DNA of 64,000 nucleotides, taken from the NCBI GenBank assembly GCA_907165135.1, contig OU015568.1, positions 3,968,001 to 4,032,000 on the forward strand, in the 5' to 3' direction. Position numbers and translations under genes: made by a program. Of this stretch, positions 61,559 through 64,000 are shown in pieces (the stretch's first letter is position 1; every line of letters starts with the position of its first letter). The stretch is from Oikopleura dioica (taxonomy: Eukaryota > Animalia > Chordata). A model generated the notes under the pieces. The model did no database searches. It worked only from the letters and a program-made list of their open reading frames with translations, and was not told the origin of the DNA.

Positions 61559-62873
61559 ATGTCAGAAAACTACAACATTACTATGGGATGCTCCAGAGAG
61601 CGAAGAATCGCAGTCGTTGGCAAATCTACTGTTGGAAAGAGCTCCTTAGTCCGACAGTACATCGACCACGAGTTTATTGACAGGTAAGAACAGCTACAGT
61701 CACTTTACCCCTTAAAAACCCCTTGAAACCAACCCTGAATACCCAATTCTTCTCAAAAAGCCCTCACTCCCCTAGAGATTCCCTTAGAAATCCCAAAGCA
61801 TTAAGGGTAGGGTCCCTTGTTCAAGTCCCAGGGAATCTCCAAACCCTCTCCCTAATCCGCGAATATCTAATGTCTAGTTTTTCGGCGATAATTGTCTATT
61901 CCTTCAACCAAAATACACCACACTTTTTTTTCTCTACTCTCGCTGAACCCAAAACACCACCCACTGTACCAACCATAAACAGCGCTGCTAATAACTAGTA
62001 CCACCTCCAATCGAGAAAAATTGCAAGAGCAACTGGCAAATCAAAATTAATAGAACCGGTTTAAGGCACATTCCAACCGCCGATCGCGAGTGGGTCAAGG
62101 AAGACAGCTTCTTGCAGTCGGACTTCCGGCTTGAAGTGCACGACTCCTCCGGCATGGACGAAAGCACTCACATTCCCCCCTCCTGGGTCGGCTCCGTCGA
62201 CGCCTTCGTCATCATGTACGCCATCAACGATCGAGAGAGCTTCGAAATCGCCTGCCACATCCGCCGCAAACTCGCCGAGGCCATGGGCCAATGCGACGAA
62301 AGCTGCTCCATCCCCATCACCTTAATCGGCAACAAGCGCGACAAAAAGAGCGAACGACAAATTTCAAAAGCAGAAGTCCTAAATCACATCAAGGTGAGAC
62401 ATTTTACATGTCCAAAACAGCGTCATGTCTGACAGACAGCGGGACATCAGTTGTTGTTTTTGAGACGAAAAACAATACGATTTTTCGGATCTTTTTTGCA
62501 TCGATTTTCTGGGTGGAAAATCCATACACTTTCGAGTCGAAATCCAAGAATTAACCGGCGCTCCTTTGATCTAGAATCTAAGAACGGGATCCCCTTAATT
62601 CTTTTCCTCTCAAAAACAGCCTCGATTCTCCTTATTTTCTTGAAGATTTCCTCAGCTCATTTTCTCATCTCATTCTTTCAGGATTGGAAAAACACCAAGT
62701 TCGCCGAGATCACCTGCACCTCCCTTTACGAAGTCGAGACAATCTTCGCCGAGCTGATCGAAATCCACGAGCGCAAGTACGGGCTGTACACGCCTCAGTT
62801 CACCTTCTGGCAAAAAGTTCACAACTACTTCAAAAAGCCGGATATGCAGATTCACCTCAACAGCGTCCACTGA
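61559..62873 (+). CDS. Divergent Ras-family small GTPase, most similar in pattern to Rheb; no CAAX box
   Basis: RRIAVVGKSTVGKSSLVRQYIDHEFID/RHIPT...LEVHDSSGMDE...FVIMYAINDRESFE...IPITLIGNKRD...ERQIS/DWKNTKFAEIT...LNSVH*. Exons 61559-61683, 62066-62393, 62682-62873. Confidence 0.88.
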
Positions 62874-64000
62874 GAAATAAGGATCCCCCCTTCGGTTATT
62901 AATTTCAAGAAAACGAACAGATGTTTCTGGTGTCACTGAAAACATTTTAAAAAATTACTTCTTCCATGAAACTCTCCAGCATTGACCTCAAAAGACCTCA
63001 AAAAAAAAATAAGTGAACCATCTTTTCTCATGTCGCACTTTTTTTTAAAAATAAGGGAATCTCATGAAATTTCCCTTTTTCGAGTTCCTGAACCGTTCAA
63101 AAAACAACAGCTTATTTGTTCATCCAAATCTATTCTCCCGAAAAAATGTGTGCTAAAAATCCAGCGCGAGGATAGAATACTCCAATAGTTCGACCCCAAA
63201 TCTTAGGGGTGGGTACCTCCTTCTTGCTTATTGAAAGTCTTTCCTCTTTCCTTTTGCAAGAATAAGGGTACCCATTCTTAAGTTATGACCCGACAAGAAT
63301 CCCATTTAATGCTCTGGTGCCCCTAAGTAAAAAAAGAAAGAAGATATACTAGAATCAAAAATCTAAAAAAATTACATCTGTTCTTAATTTTACAGGGATC
63401 GCTAGTCATTGGGATTAAGGGTCTCCACTTTTCAAACCAACAAAATCATCTCTTTTCTTTTTAAAGAAAACTCCAGTTTGCTTGTGCTCTAGGTGCTTGA
63501 TTCAATATCATACTATTATATCATTTACTATATTTCGATTCTATTTTACGGTTGTTTCATTACTGTAGTTATGTTTTGTTATAATCCAGCTTATTACTGT
63601 CTGCTTATATTTTTCAAAATCCCTGATGTTCAAGATATACTGGTGATGCTTTGCCCTCAAGCTTTAAACCCCCATTTGAAATAGCGGCCCTACGCTCCTT
63701 AGGCTAAGGAGAATAGGGCCCGCTTCCCACCCAAATGATACCCAAGTTCACTTGCTTTGCCCCTCAAAAGGCACCTGAAAATCCCTCGGTTCTATTGCGC
63801 CACCTTGTGTTCCGAAAGACGAAGTGACGCTCTGCACCAGGTTTTTCACGAGTGTGACCACTTTTTACTACTGGTTATCCCCAGTCCTTTCTTGTTACTA
63901 CTATTATTCTTGTTATACTTTACTGAAAACATTTATTTTTTCTTTATAGTCCCTCAAAGCTTTTATTTCATCACGTGATTAGCTAGCGCCAGAGAACATG

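Noticed and set aside
23-62873. Functional link between the ACT-domain gene (CASTOR-like fold) and the Rheb-like GTPase as an mTORC1 cluster
   Set aside because: They are 60 kb apart with many unrelated genes between them, and the ACT protein is DUF2241-type rather than recognisably CASTOR
1-64000. CRISPR array, rRNA or an autonomous transposase/reverse transcriptase
   Set aside because: No regularly spaced repeat-spacer array, rRNA motifs or DDE/RT ORFs were seen by eye

Overview
Eukaryotic (animal) genomic DNA with a very compact gene layout. Evidence: many 40-100 nt spliceosomal introns, several apparently with non-GT donors, short intergenic gaps, and expanded PLA2-like and Cys-rich/Kelch-like families. 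Together these point to a larvacean tunicate such as Oikopleura (inference, not verified). Most of the supplied ORF track consists of exon fragments or antisense shadows, so I rebuilt the gene models by hand from splice sites. In order, the window holds: an intron-containing DUF2241-type ACT-domain gene; two identical divergent tRNA-Gly(GCC) genes; a PLA2-like gene lacking the catalytic His-Asp; a Ly6/uPAR-type gene; the first of two inverted paralogs of a Cys-rich + Kelch-like family; an acatalytic alpha carbonic anhydrase; a second PLA2-like gene; a CUB membrane protein; a claudin; a Crumbs homolog (GTYSP...ERLI tail); the second Cys-rich + Kelch-like paralog; a sushi-like protein; a giant gene encoding over 4000 aa of 42-residue-repeat coiled coil with Calx-beta-like domains at both ends; and a Rheb-like GTPase without a CAAX box. 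Several TIR elements (Tc1/mariner-like, piggyBac-like) and long palindromes are present. The strongest leads are a transposon that appears to have become a whole intron of crumbs, the giant Calx-beta/coiled-coil protein, and a 311-bp near-perfect foldback in one of its introns. All coordinates were read by eye and may be off by a few bases.
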